A stretch of 64,000 nucleotides of DNA from an uncultured Actinomycetota bacterium (GTDB lineage: Bacteria; Actinomycetota; Humimicrobiia; Humimicrobiales; Humimicrobiaceae). The translations under genes and the position numbers were made by a program. The DNA lies in assembly GCA_964610315.1 (NCBI GenBank), contig CAZSVM010000005.1, forward strand, positions 6,960 through 70,959. The letters run 5' to 3'. Below the pieces are notes generated by a model, which was not told the DNA's origin, ran no database searches, and saw only the letters and a program-made list of their open reading frames with translations. This document shows, piece after piece, positions 21,843 to 32,322 of the stretch (within the stretch, counting starts at the first letter, position 1; every line of letters starts with the position of its first letter).

Positions 21843-23260
21843 TAATTGGAGTCTCGTTTGATATTTTTTTCTATGATAGGACACTGGGTATTTCTTATCC
21901 GATTTTTATTATTCTAATTCTACTGATGTTTCTGGGAAGCTTCTGGGGTTCTTTAAAGAAATTAAATAATCTGATATGGTTATTTACAGTTCCTATATTA
22001 TTACTGGCGATTACTTTCTTTGTCTACTCTAATCAAATACTTAGAATTTTAAATTATCTGATTGTTCCTATTCTTATAATAATGTTTAGTTCTCTGGTTA
22101 CAGAGGTGAATAAATCAAGTTGGTCGGATATAAGATTTATAGGAGATGTTGCTAAGAGGATTTTCGTGCCTTTTGGATTTATACATAAACCATTTTTAAC
22201 ATTGTTTAAAATAAATGTTGGTGAAGGTAAAGATAATAGAAGTAGGGTTCTGCCAAAAGTGTTTATTGGAATATTGATTTCGATTCCAATTCTGGCAATT
22301 ATTATATGGCTTCTCTCGTCTGCAGATATTATATTTAAGAATCTTTTTGTAAATATCCCTGTTTCAAAAATAATCAAACACTTTTTAACGATAATTGCAG
22401 TTTTTGTTTATGCCACTTGTTTTCTATGGTCGTTGATAAAAGCCTTTGATGAGAGGAAGGGGTCTACATATAGTAAGATAAAATGGAAATTATTTTTTGA
22501 TCCTATAATTTTATTGACTTTACTGGTTTTAATAAATGTAATTTACGCTGTATTCTCTGTTATTCAGTTTGCTTATCTTTTTGGTGGGAGTTCTTTTGTT
22601 TTACCTTCTTCTTATACTTATGCAGAATATGCAAGAAGAGGCTTTTTTGAACTGGTTATTGTATCAATTATTAATTTTGGAGTTCTACTTTTTGGTATCA
22701 CATTTGTAAAGAAAGATAATAAAAGAATCTTTGCTGTTATTAAGGCTCTTCTTACCTTGCTTGTAATCTTTACCTTTATTTTATTGATATCCGCGTTTTA
22801 TAGAATGCTGGTTTATGAGCAAGCATATGGATTTACATATCTCAGGATATTTGTTCAGACTTTTATGATAATGCTATTTTTCTTGTTTATTATTAATGTT
22901 GCCTATATTTGGCAGCCGAAGCTACCTATAATTAAATCTTATTTTATAATTTCACTTGCAGTTTATATAATAATGAATTTTTCAAATGTGGATGTCATAA
23001 TAGCAAAAAATAACATCAATCGTTATTTTGAAACCGGACAAATTGATATGGTTTATTTAGAAGGTCTGTCCTACGATGCTACACCTGAAATGCAGAGACT
23101 TTTAATGTCGGTTAAAGATTCATCAGACCCGGAAGAAAAACAAATTGCAGAGAAAATCGTAGAATACTTCAATAAAAGAAAATTAGATCTTGAAGATCAA
23201 AAAAGCTGGCAGAGTTTTAATATTTCAAAATTTAAAGCTGAAAAAATAATAGATAAATAA
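21797..23260 (+). CDS. DUF4153/DUF4173 membrane protein
   Basis: LLSSAD..F, TYAEYARRGFFEL, YEQAYGFTYLR, YLEGLSYDA motifs. Confidence 0.85.
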   Translation: MELERKKYWLLFYGLIIGVSFDIFFYDRTLGISYPIFIILILLMFLGSFWGSLKKLNNLIWLFTVPILLLAITFFVYSNQILRILNYLIVPILIIMFSSLVTEVNKSSWSDIRFIGDVAKRIFVPFGFIHKPFLTLFKINVGEGKDNRSRVLPKVFIGILISIPILAIIIWLLSSADIIFKNLFVNIPVSKIIKHFLTIIAVFVYATCFLWSLIKAFDERKGSTYSKIKWKLFFDPIILLTLLVLINVIYAVFSVIQFAYLFGGSSFVLPSSYTYAEYARRGFFELVIVSIINFGVLLFGITFVKKDNKRIFAVIKALLTLLVIFTFILLISAFYRMLVYEQAYGFTYLRIFVQTFMIMLFFLFIINVAYIWQPKLPIIKSYFIISLAVYIIMNFSNVDVIIAKNNINRYFETGQIDMVYLEGLSYDATPEMQRLLMSVKDSSDPEEKQIAEKIVEYFNKRKLDLEDQKSWQSFNISKFKAEKIIDK

Positions 23261-23266
23261 TTCTTT

Positions 23267-24259
23267 TCAGCCTTTGAATTTTTCTGGATAACAAGCTCTC
23301 ACAGTGGCAACAATTGATTCCTTTAGTCCTCCTCTTTTATACCCCAGCTTTTCTGCAGTATCCGAAGGATCAAAGAATAAATTATGAGTTAAAATATCAC
23401 GCATAAGGTACTTGCCGTCAAGCCCGCCTTCCAATCCTTTTTTCTTCCATCCCTTATTTATCATACTGCCGGCTATTACAGCTATAAATCGCGGAATATT
23501 TATTATTTTTTTATGTGTTCCTATAGCTGATAGCATCATATCCAGCATTTCATTGTATGAGTGGTTTTCATCACCTATGGTGTACCGTTCACCATGTTCA
23601 CCATGCTCTAGAGCTCCTATAATTGCTTCGCCGACATGCTCTACAGCAATCATATTTGTTCCGCCCTTAGGGAAAAAGATGATTTTACTTTTTATAATGC
23701 GATCCAGTAGAACATCCTTCCATAAAGGAATACGGTTGGGCATGGAACCAAATATGTAAGGAAGTTCTAGGATCATAACTGCCATTTTATCTCCGCCTGC
23801 AGCAATAGCTCGCTCTGCCTGTTCCACACGACATCTTATATAAGGATGGTGTTTGCTCAGCTCTTTTTCCGGCCAGATCCTGTCAAAATATGCAAAATAG
23901 GAATTAAGAACAACGCATTTATTGACATTCGCTTTACGTGCTGCGATTACTACTTTTTTGCAGGCCTTCACAAGTCTGGTATGAAAAAATCCATACGAGG
24001 GAGCAGGCGGTGTGATTCTATCGTCCGGACCTACAGCGTACACCATAGCATCACAACCGGCAAAACGTTCCTGCAGGTTTTCCTCTGAAAGTTCAAATAC
24101 ATCACCATACTGGACATTTACTTCTTTAGGATACCAGTCCTCAAGTTCTATATCGTCAATCGCAAGAGTATTCACCGAGTATCCTCTTTTTAATGCTACA
24201 AGCATTGCGTGGTAGCCTAGAAATCCAGTTCCCCCTACAATCATAATTTTCATATGCAC
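23267..24259 (-). CDS. NAD-dependent epimerase/dehydratase family protein
   Basis: GGTGFLG Rossmann motif; extended SDR length. Confidence 0.85.
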   Translation of the reverse strand: MHMKIMIVGGTGFLGYHAMLVALKRGYSVNTLAIDDIELEDWYPKEVNVQYGDVFELSEENLQERFAGCDAMVYAVGPDDRITPPAPSYGFFHTRLVKACKKVVIAARKANVNKCVVLNSYFAYFDRIWPEKELSKHHPYIRCRVEQAERAIAAGGDKMAVMILELPYIFGSMPNRIPLWKDVLLDRIIKSKIIFFPKGGTNMIAVEHVGEAIIGALEHGEHGERYTIGDENHSYNEMLDMMLSAIGTHKKIINIPRFIAVIAGSMINKGWKKKGLEGGLDGKYLMRDILTHNLFFDPSDTAEKLGYKRGGLKESIVATVRACYPEKFKG

Positions 24260-24390
24260 CGCTCCTTTATGTAAGATTTCCTATTTTTTTGCTTCTTCCT
24301 TTATTAAATTTTGCATAAAGAAATAATATTAGAGTTTTTTTAATTAAATTGGTTTTTTCTTTTACTGAACTAATTTCATTAAAATAAAAA

Positions 24391-24419
24391 GTTCTAAATA
24401 TGTCAATTAAGGGGAGCCA
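24391..24419 (+). repeat. tRNA-3'-like att site 5 (DxFRTFY type)
   Basis: GTTCTAAATATGTCAATTAAGGGGAGCCA; minus strand WLPLIDIFRTFYFNEI... 50 aa to stop at 24267. Confidence 0.85.
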
Positions 24420-24531
24420 GATTTGATCGATTGTAAGAACTTTTTTATATTTCTTAAAATTGATGTAAATTACCCTATCTCTTTATAGCAATTTTAAGTT
24501 ATAATTTATACATATATTTAATACTCCTATA

Positions 24532-24560
24532 GTTCTAAAAGCGTCCAATATAGGGAGCTA
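24532..24560 (+). repeat. tRNA-3'-like att site 6 (DAFRT type, CCA->CTA)
   Basis: GTTCTAAAAGCGTCCAATATAGGGAGCTA; minus strand *LPILDAFRTIGVLN... Confidence 0.8.
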
Positions 24561-24683
24561 ATCTTCATAGTTGCATTTATTATCAGATTTACTGCAAAAA
24601 TAAATTCCGGTAACTATTTTTTTAAATTGAATCGACAATTATTAAATTCAAGTATTTACTATTAGTTTATAAGTATTGTATAA

Positions 24684-25814
24684 TTGTCTAAATTTAAAAA
24701 ATTAATAGTCCGGCACATCTATATTATGAGATTGAATATAAGTTATAAAAAAATAATAACCATTATATTTATTACAATTGTACTTATATTTTTCCCTTTT
24801 CGCTTTATTTTAGGGGAAAGCGAAAACATTAATGCAGAAAATAATATCACATCAGGGAATTCTGCAGAAGATATAATAGTATATTGTGATTATTATACCT
24901 GGTGGAGCGAAAGTAAATGGAATATAGGGCATTCCAATTGTCCTTTACTTGGATTTTATAACAGTCTTGATCTGAAAGTTTTAAAAGAACATTCAAGATT
25001 AGCTAATGAATACGGCATTGATGTTTTTAAAGTTGAATATGTCCCAGCATTGGACGGAAGTATAATAAATGGAATATTGAAAACGGATCTGGGAAATACA
25101 AGGGTCTGCCTGATGTATGATACCCTGGTAAGGTTTTTAAGCTTGGGTAAGGGGCGGCCGCCTTATAATTTTAATGATCCCGAAATCTATAACACATTTA
25201 TAGATGATATGAATCATATAGCTGATGTTTATTTTTCTAACCCGAATTACTTTAATATAAATGGAAGACCAGTATTATGGATTTATATTACAAGAGAGAT
25301 GCGTGGGAACTGGAAAAGTGCTATTAATACTGCAAGGCAGAATATGAATAGCAAGGGATTTAATGTGTACTTAGTAGGAGATCATGTTTTTTGGAGTTAT
25401 AATTATAATGGCATTGAATTATTTGATGCTGTTTCTACTTATCATGTTTACGCAGGCAGACCGCAAAATACTTCAGATTTTGCTAATAAAATAAAATTGT
25501 TGTATTCAAGATGGGATAAAGTTGTGCAGTCCAAAGGCAAGGATTTTATCCCAGGAGCGTTACCTGCTTATAATGATACCTGTATGGCATATGCAAGATA
25601 TTGTGTACCTTCATTAAGTGGTACAAAAGAAGATTTTAATTATATGCTAAGAACTGTTTCAAATTATCTAGATCGTATAAATGGTGCTGAAAATTTAATG
25701 CAGGTAACAATAGCTACATTCAATGAAAATCAGGAGGGAAGTGGCGTTGAACCTTCATTAGAGTGGGGATATGATAGAATAAGCCAGATACCAATTGTTT
25801 TTGGGAGCAATTAG
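24684..25814 (+). CDS. Secreted glycoside hydrolase, GH99/GH71-like
   Basis: N-terminal TM; YYTWW, PLLGFYNS, GIDVF, NGRPVLWIY, PAYNDT, TFNENQEGSGVEP; start may be the ATG at 24726. Confidence 0.75.
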   Translation: MSKFKKLIVRHIYIMRLNISYKKIITIIFITIVLIFFPFRFILGESENINAENNITSGNSAEDIIVYCDYYTWWSESKWNIGHSNCPLLGFYNSLDLKVLKEHSRLANEYGIDVFKVEYVPALDGSIINGILKTDLGNTRVCLMYDTLVRFLSLGKGRPPYNFNDPEIYNTFIDDMNHIADVYFSNPNYFNINGRPVLWIYITREMRGNWKSAINTARQNMNSKGFNVYLVGDHVFWSYNYNGIELFDAVSTYHVYAGRPQNTSDFANKIKLLYSRWDKVVQSKGKDFIPGALPAYNDTCMAYARYCVPSLSGTKEDFNYMLRTVSNYLDRINGAENLMQVTIATFNENQEGSGVEPSLEWGYDRISQIPIVFGSN

Positions 25815-25836
25815 CATATATTTTCATATCTTTTAT

Positions 25837-25865
25837 GTTCTAAAAGCATCCAAGATGGGGAGCCA
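25837..25865 (+). repeat. tRNA-3'-like att site 7 (DAFRT type)
   Basis: GTTCTAAAAGCATCCAAGATGGGGAGCCA; minus strand WLPILDAFRT*. Confidence 0.85.
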
Positions 25866-25993
25866 AAAAGTATTCTTTCTATCCTTGTAGGAAGCTAAAT
25901 TACTCTGGGTCCTTAGCTGCAATAATTTATCATACGCATTACTATGCAAAACTCTAGGGCTCTTAATATTTTGCATTGAGGGAAATTTCTATA

Positions 25994-26212
25994 TTATTGT
26001 ATAATATCTTCTATTTTTACAAATTTGGTTTTAGATTTCTTTTTCCTAGTTTCAAACTCTTCAATTACTTTCTTGTCTTTAATTTCATCGTAAAGGTCCC
26101 ACAAAGATCTTTTAAGTAAACTTGAAGAATCACAATTGTAGTATTTTCTTAAAATTTTCAATATCTTTTCTTCTTTAGTATTAAATCTTACAGTATTACT
26201 GCCACTTTTCAT
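25994..26212 (-). CDS. Small ribbon-helix-helix antitoxin-like protein (DUF6290/RelB-like), no toxin partner
   Basis: 72 aa; TVRF.. beta strand, SSLLKRSL..LYDEIKD..VIEEFE. Confidence 0.55.
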   Translation of the reverse strand: MKSGSNTVRFNTKEEKILKILRKYYNCDSSSLLKRSLWDLYDEIKDKKVIEEFETRKKKSKTKFVKIEDIIQ

Positions 26213-26362
26213 ACACCTCTTCTCTTTTACCGATGTAAATTATATAAAAATCATCATTTAATATATAAAAAAGTGCTCTGCATTTACCTTTTCTTAATCT
26301 ATAGTAGTCTCTATGGTAATTGAATTAAGTTATCAAAACTTAAGCAATTTTCAGAATAAAAA

Positions 26363-26391
26363 GTTCGAAATGTGTCAACTAAGGGGAGCCA
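26363..26391 (+). repeat. tRNA-3'-like att site 8 (DTFRTFY type)
   Basis: GTTCGAAATGTGTCAACTAAGGGGAGCCA; minus strand WLPLVDTFRTFYSENCLSFDNLIQLP*. Confidence 0.85.
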
Positions 26392-26554
26392 GCACAAATA
26401 TACAGAAGCATAATATAAATAACTCTTCGGCTTAATTTATATATTTATTAATAAATTATTTATGGGTTTAACCCTTCCCGACTATCTGTTTCTAATTTGT
26501 TTCTGATATTATTAATTTCTTAAAAAAAGTTTGAATATATCAGCAAATGTTAAA

Positions 26555-27334
26555 TTATTTTGTACAGAAATATATATCTTCACTTTCAGGAAGTCCCATA
26601 TATTTAACTGTTTTATCTCCTAATTTTTTTACAAAACCATCTACTTTTACTGAAAATCCAGCAGCAATCAGAAAATCTCTATAATCTTTTCCATAACCTC
26701 TCACATGCTCTGCAAAACCATATATTTTTTCCCTGGCTTTAGGGGTTGTAGCGACTGGATCTTCAAAGGTTAATTCACCAAGTATCGGAACCTGTAGTAT
26801 TGCCCATCCTCCAGGTTTTAAAATCCTATAAATTTCACGCATCGCATTTTTATGATCTGGAATATGCTCAAAAACATGGTTACAGATTATTACATCAAAA
26901 ATATTATCACTCATTTTTATATCTGTTATGTCAATGTAAATCATAGCACGAGTTGGATCAAGATCAGCGCTTAAATATTCTATAAATTCATTTTTTCTAA
27001 TTCTATCGGATAATACAACTTCAGGAGCAACATGTAGGATTTTCTTTTTAGGGCTTTTAAAGAAATTGGTATATTCTTCGAGGTAGAACCATAAAAGCCT
27101 TTCTCTTTCAATAGAGCCACAAACAGGACAAAGTGCATATGGTCTTGGACCAATTTTGATATGTGGTGGGAAATAATATGTGTAAAATTTTCTAATTTTG
27201 CTATCACAGACAGGACAGAATCTTTCATTTCCATAAAAAATTTCTTTCTTTAATTTTTCTCTATATCTGCCTGGGGTTATTTTAATAGCGCCTTCAATTA
27301 AAAATCTTTTTAAATTTTTTATTTTATTAATCAT
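26555..27334 (-). CDS. Class I SAM-dependent methyltransferase with N-terminal CxxC..CxxC
   Basis: CPVC x2, ILHVAPE, FDVIICNHVFEHI, RILKPGG. Confidence 0.88.
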   Translation of the reverse strand: MINKIKNLKRFLIEGAIKITPGRYREKLKKEIFYGNERFCPVCDSKIRKFYTYYFPPHIKIGPRPYALCPVCGSIERERLLWFYLEEYTNFFKSPKKKILHVAPEVVLSDRIRKNEFIEYLSADLDPTRAMIYIDITDIKMSDNIFDVIICNHVFEHIPDHKNAMREIYRILKPGGWAILQVPILGELTFEDPVATTPKAREKIYGFAEHVRGYGKDYRDFLIAAGFSVKVDGFVKKLGDKTVKYMGLPESEDIYFCTK

Positions 27335-27526
27335 TCTAATTATTTTCTCATTATATCTTTTTTTTAACTTCTATGTATATAACTAAACTTCTAATAATTT
27401 TTAAAGGACTTAAGGAAAGTGGTTAAAATATATAAAAATACCCTTATCTAAACCAATAACTCTTATTTGAATATTGTCTATTTAATTCAGTAATTTTCTA
27501 AATTTCTCTAATTCCCTTAATAATTG

Positions 27527-27555
27527 GTTAGAAGTTAGTCTTATAGGGGGAGCCA
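27527..27555 (+). repeat. tRNA-3'-like att site 9 (most distal, decayed)
   Basis: GTTAGAAGTTAGTCTTATAGGGGGAGCCA; minus strand WLPL*D*LLT. Confidence 0.7.
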
Positions 27556-27630
27556 AGTTACATCTCTCAAACCATTTTAATAATATTATTTAATACAATC
27601 CATTCCTGTGAGAAGAAAAACTTATAAGCC

Positions 27631-27750
27631 TTTATAGAACCAGGAAATCACTGGGAGAGTGGCTATATTGAATTATTTAACTTAAAAGATGAGGATGAAT
27701 TGTTAAACTGTAATATCTTTGATACCATGAAGGAAGCCAATTATTACTAG
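27631..27750 (+). mobile_element. IS3-family transposase (integrase core) remnant
   Basis: Translates FIEPGNHWESGYIELFNLKDEDELLNCNIFDTMKEA, resembling the IS3 OrfB motif [26 protein letters not shown]. Confidence 0.75.
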
Positions 27751-27899
27751 AGGTCTGTGGAGTTTAAATTTATAAAGTCACAGAAAAATTTTAAAATAAT
27801 ATTTAGATAAGTTTGGAATAATTAATTATATAAAAATAACCAAAACCAAAAAGTTGACCTAGAATTAATACCATAATAGATAATATAAGGAGAGAAATC

Positions 27900-29173
27900 A
27901 TGCCTGTAAAAATTGTAGTCGGATGCAATTGGGGAGATGAAGGAAAAGGAAGGATGGTTGATTATTTTTCCAAAAATGCCGATTATGTTGTAAGATACCA
28001 GGGCGGTAGCAATGCCGGGCATACTGTTGTAAATGATTATGGTACAAGCAGACTGCACTTGCTCCCCTCTGGAATATTTTACAGTAATGTCATAAATGTA
28101 CTCGGTCCCGGAACCGTAATTAATCTTGAGTCACTATGCAGTGAAATAGACGACATTGAAAAAAGGGAATAAAGATAAGTGAGAAAAACTTAAGGATTTC
28201 CGATAGGGCACTTATAAGTTTCCCTTTCCACTCACTGCAGGAAAAGTATGAAGAGGAACGATTAAAAAAGAACAAGTTCGGTTCTACTTTGCAGGGTATC
28301 GCTCCTGTATATAGTGACAAATATTTAAAATACGGTGTCCAGATAGGGACATTAAAAAATCCCGATTTCTTAAAAGAACAGGTTAGGAGAGTGTTGGCTT
28401 TAAAAAACCAGATATTTAGATCCGTTTATAAAAAACAGGAGATAGATGAAGAAGAAGTATTTAAATGGGTCTTTTATTACGGAGAAAGACTAGGACCTTT
28501 TATAGAGGATACTATTGAGTTGTTTGATAAAGCAATAAAAGAGAGCAGAGAAATACTGCTTGAAGCCCAGCTGGGATCATTAAGGGATATTCATTATGGC
28601 ATTTATCCGTTTACTACATCTTCATCCACATTGGCAGGATTTGGTAGTGTTGGAGCCGGTATATTTTCAAAAGAACCACCGATTGTTATTGGAGTAGTAA
28701 AGGCGTTCTCTACAAGTATTGGCGAGGGGCCATTTGTAACTGAAATGGAAAAAGGACCCGCTGATATATTTCGTAAAATATCAGGTGAATTTGGAGCCAC
28801 TACAGGAAGGCCCAGGAGAATTGGTTATTTTGATGCTGTTGCTTCAAGATTTGGTGCAAAGATTCAATGTACCGACAAAATTGCTTTAACCAAACTTGAC
28901 TGTCTTTCCGGGCAGAAAAAACTGAAGATTTGCACAAAGTATATAATTGATAACAGAGAGATAGATTATTTCCCATTAACCTCGGATTTAATCAAAGCAA
29001 GGCCTAAATATATTGAGGTTGATGGCTGGGATGGTGATATAAGCGGGATACGTGATTATGAAAGACTTCCCAAAGAAGCCTTATTCTATATTGAGACCAT
29101 AGAGGGGCTTTTAGATAAGCCAATAAAATACATCTCGGTTGGACCACAAAGAGAGGCATTGATTATAAGGTAG
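27900..29173 (+). pseudogene. purA: Adenylosuccinate synthetase, frameshifted near 28159-28167
   Basis: GCNWGDEGKG, RYQGGSNAGHT, GEFGATTGRPRRIG; the -1 frame after IEKR continues GIKISEKNLRISDRA...GSTLQGIAP. Confidence 0.85.
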
Positions 29174-29250
29174 GGTTTATCATATGCCATTAAATAGTAA
29201 TGTTAAGTTATCGGAGGCCAAGTTTTATAGATTCAAAGGAAGGGATAATC

Positions 29251-29757
29251 ATGAGTTTTGAAAAACAATTTTTAGAGCAGACGAATGAAAGAATTAATAA
29301 TTCATTCGAAAGAATTATTCATTGTCTCGATCAATTAGAAGAAGAGCATATCTGGCATAGGCCGGCTAGTAGTGTAAATAGTATTGGAATAATAATTAAT
29401 CATTTATGCGGCAATTTAAGGCAGTGGATTATTTCTGGAATTGGGGGGCTTAAAGATATAAGAAATCGTCCACTTGAATTTAACGACAGTGGAAAACTTA
29501 GCAAGCAAGAACTTATAAATAAATTTGAAAAAATTATTATTGACTGTAAAAAAACAATAAATAATTTTAATCCTGCTAATCTACTGGAAGTGCGGCGCAT
29601 ACAGGGATTTGATGAGAATGCATTGAGTGCAATTTATGGATCAGTTACTCATTTGGAATTGCATGCAGGACAAATAACATATATAACACGTTTAATATTG
29701 AAGTCGAAATATAAATTAAGATGGGTTCCGGAAACAAAGGAACAGGGTGCTGAATAA
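29251..29757 (+). CDS. DinB/DUF1572 family protein
   Basis: NSIGIIINHLCGNLRQW, RNRPLEF, H..LHAGQITYI. Confidence 0.85.
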   Translation: MSFEKQFLEQTNERINNSFERIIHCLDQLEEEHIWHRPASSVNSIGIIINHLCGNLRQWIISGIGGLKDIRNRPLEFNDSGKLSKQELINKFEKIIIDCKKTINNFNPANLLEVRRIQGFDENALSAIYGSVTHLELHAGQITYITRLILKSKYKLRWVPETKEQGAE

Positions 29758-29765
29758 TTTATTAT

Positions 29766-30647
29766 TCAGGTATTCATCAGGGTTTTTAGTGCTGCGGTTA
29801 TTGAATTGATTTTTTCTGCTTTTTCCTTAAGTAACTCTGTTTCCTCTTCCGTTATTGGTTTGAATTTATCAGTAATATCACAGGTCCACCAAAAAAGTTC
29901 TGCATGGGAAGGTGCGATTGCGGAGGTCACTGGTTTAGAAAGAGTAAATCTTAAAGTCAGAGAGGCTTCATCACGGTTATCTACAGGAGCATACCAGCAT
30001 TTGGGCCATTTTTTTTCTTCATTTTTACCCCAGGTTCTTTTTGCCAGTGCCTTTAAAGCCAGTATACCTATTTCTTTTTCTTTGGCTTTATTTAAAACTC
30101 TGGGACCGAAACCATCTTTTAGCCAGCAAACCCAGTTAAATGGAAAAAGTATGGTGTCAAAGTTATAACGATCCATAAGAGCAAGAGCCGCTTCTTCGGT
30201 ATGAGCTGAAAATCCGATATATTTGATAATTCCCTTGTCTCTTGCTTCGATAAAGGTTTCCAAAGCACCATCAGATCCTGTTATCCTGTCTACTTCCTCT
30301 AATGTCGTAACTCCATGAAGCTGATACAGGTCAAAGTAATCCGTTTCGAGAAGCTCTAATGACCTGGCCAATTCTTTGGCTGCTTTGGCTCCGGTCCTTT
30401 CCATGGTCTTACAGGCTAAAAAGCAGTTTTTTCGATAGGGTTTGAGAGCAGGTCCCAGTATTTCCTGGGCATTACCATAGGTCGGAGCCACATCAAAATA
30501 ATTTACTCCTCTGTCGATTGCTTTAGAAACATATTCAGAAGCGGCTTTGGGTGTTTCATTGGTAACAATTATACCTCCAAAGCCTATAACGGATAGTTTC
30601 TCTCCGGTTTTTCCCAGTATCCTTTTATCCATTTTTTTCCCAACCAT
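29766..30647 (-). CDS. Aldo/keto reductase
   Basis: LGKTG..LSVIGFGG, GVNYFDVAPTYG, DYFDLYQLH, IGFSAH. Confidence 0.92.
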   Translation of the reverse strand: MVGKKMDKRILGKTGEKLSVIGFGGIIVTNETPKAASEYVSKAIDRGVNYFDVAPTYGNAQEILGPALKPYRKNCFLACKTMERTGAKAAKELARSLELLETDYFDLYQLHGVTTLEEVDRITGSDGALETFIEARDKGIIKYIGFSAHTEEAALALMDRYNFDTILFPFNWVCWLKDGFGPRVLNKAKEKEIGILALKALAKRTWGKNEEKKWPKCWYAPVDNRDEASLTLRFTLSKPVTSAIAPSHAELFWWTCDITDKFKPITEEETELLKEKAEKINSITAALKTLMNT

Positions 30648-31001
30648 AAAAAATAATTATATTAAAAAGATATCATCCATTTAACGGAAATACAATAATC
30701 ATGATGAATGGATATTAAGCCTGTATCAATGATTCAAATCATTTGTCCGGCAACATCAACTGCTCCGTTAAAAGAAAGTTAAAAAAAGATTGTATTATTT
30801 CAGGCTGGGAGGTACGATTCTGGGATTGTTTTAATTTATATACTTTTTTGCTATATTTGTTTTGGAAGGCACCGAGATTCAATTCATAATTTATATAACA
30901 TAAACGGTATATTCTATATTTATTATTTTTAAAATAAACAGGTGTCCCTTTTTCAAGATTAATACTAATATAAATTCCCGGGATAAATAAATTAGGAGTT
31001 T

Positions 31002-32306
31002 TTGGAAATGGTAAAAAAATACAAATGGATAAAAGAAATTATACTGGTATTAATTTTATTTATATTTATCTTATTTTTATCTATCTCCTGCAGAGCAGCT
31101 CCTCCGGGTATACAGGATAGTAATAAGGAAGTCTTACAGCAGGGAGGAGATACTGGCAGTACTGATGGTAATAAACAGGAAACTGCAAACAAAGTCGATT
31201 CCGGTTTTTCGATACCAGGGGCTGATGAGGTAGAAAACCAATTCGCTGTTTCAGATGTTTTCCCTCAGCTTAGTTTTATACAACCACTTGACCTGCAGAA
31301 TGCAGGTGACGGCAGCAACAGGATTTTTGTGGTGGAAAGAGGGGGCCGTATCTACATTCTGGATAACGATCCTGAAACAGATAAACAGTTATTTCTTGAT
31401 ATAAGTAATCGAATAGATGACCGGGGGCAGGAAATGGGCCTTCTGGGCCTTGCTTTTCATCCGGAATTTGAAAGTAACGGCCGGTTTTTTGTAAATTATA
31501 CAGCCGGCAATAATACAGTTATATCAGAATTTAAGGTCAGTGCCGATAATAAAAATCAAGCTGATGCTGCCAGCGAAGAAGTAATTTTAACTTTTCTGCA
31601 GCTCTATTCCAATCATAATGGGGGGCGGATTGTATTCGGACCTGATGATGGATATCTGTATATTGGTACCGGTGACGGAGGAGGAGCCGGTGACCCTAAT
31701 GGAAATGCACAGAATCTGGAAACGCTGCTGGGAAAGATTCTAAGGATCGATATTGATAAGAAAGAAAATCAGCTTAATTATGCCATTCCGCCAGACAATC
31801 CATTTGCCAATAATCCGGATGGATACAGGGAAGAAATTTATGCCTATGGTCTGCGGAATCCCTGGAGGTTCAGCTTTGATCCTGTAACCGGTTGGCTGTG
31901 GGTAGCTGATGTGGGACAGGATAGAATAGAAGAGATCGATCTGGTCGAAAATGGGAAAAATTATGGCTGGAACATTATGGAGGGTAACCAGTGCTATAAT
32001 CCTCCGGAAGGTTGTAATACCGCTGGTCTTGAGCTGCCTTTATACCAGTATGAGCATTCACTTGGAGAATCCATTACCGGCGGATTTGTTTATAGGAATA
32101 GCCGTATTCCTATACTTGAAGGTGCCTATATTTATGCGGATTATATCAGCGGTTATATCTGGGGCCTATGGTATGATGGTAAAAATGAATCTCAAAATTA
32201 TACACTTACAAAATCCAGCTTGAATATATCATCTTTCGGTCTGGATGAGAATAATGAACTGTATATTACCGCCTTTGACGGCAAGATATACCGGTTGAGT
32301 AAATAG
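31002..32306 (+). CDS. PQQ-dependent glucose/sorbosone dehydrogenase-like lipoprotein
   Basis: GLLGLAFHP, NHNGGRI.FGPDDGYLY, YGLRNPWRFSFD, DVGQDRIEE. Confidence 0.9.
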   Translation: MEMVKKYKWIKEIILVLILFIFILFLSISCRAAPPGIQDSNKEVLQQGGDTGSTDGNKQETANKVDSGFSIPGADEVENQFAVSDVFPQLSFIQPLDLQNAGDGSNRIFVVERGGRIYILDNDPETDKQLFLDISNRIDDRGQEMGLLGLAFHPEFESNGRFFVNYTAGNNTVISEFKVSADNKNQADAASEEVILTFLQLYSNHNGGRIVFGPDDGYLYIGTGDGGGAGDPNGNAQNLETLLGKILRIDIDKKENQLNYAIPPDNPFANNPDGYREEIYAYGLRNPWRFSFDPVTGWLWVADVGQDRIEEIDLVENGKNYGWNIMEGNQCYNPPEGCNTAGLELPLYQYEHSLGESITGGFVYRNSRIPILEGAYIYADYISGYIWGLWYDGKNESQNYTLTKSSLNISSFGLDENNELYITAFDGKIYRLSK

Positions 32307-32322
32307 TATTCTCCCTTTGTAT

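Noticed and set aside
27721-27740. GAAGGAAGCCA as another att-like site
   Set aside because: It lies within the IS3 transposase remnant frame (MKEA) and lacks the upstream consensus.
30700-30890. Possible small membrane-protein gene remnant between the aldo/keto reductase and the dehydrogenase
   Set aside because: Only short broken frames; no family can be assigned from the sequence alone.
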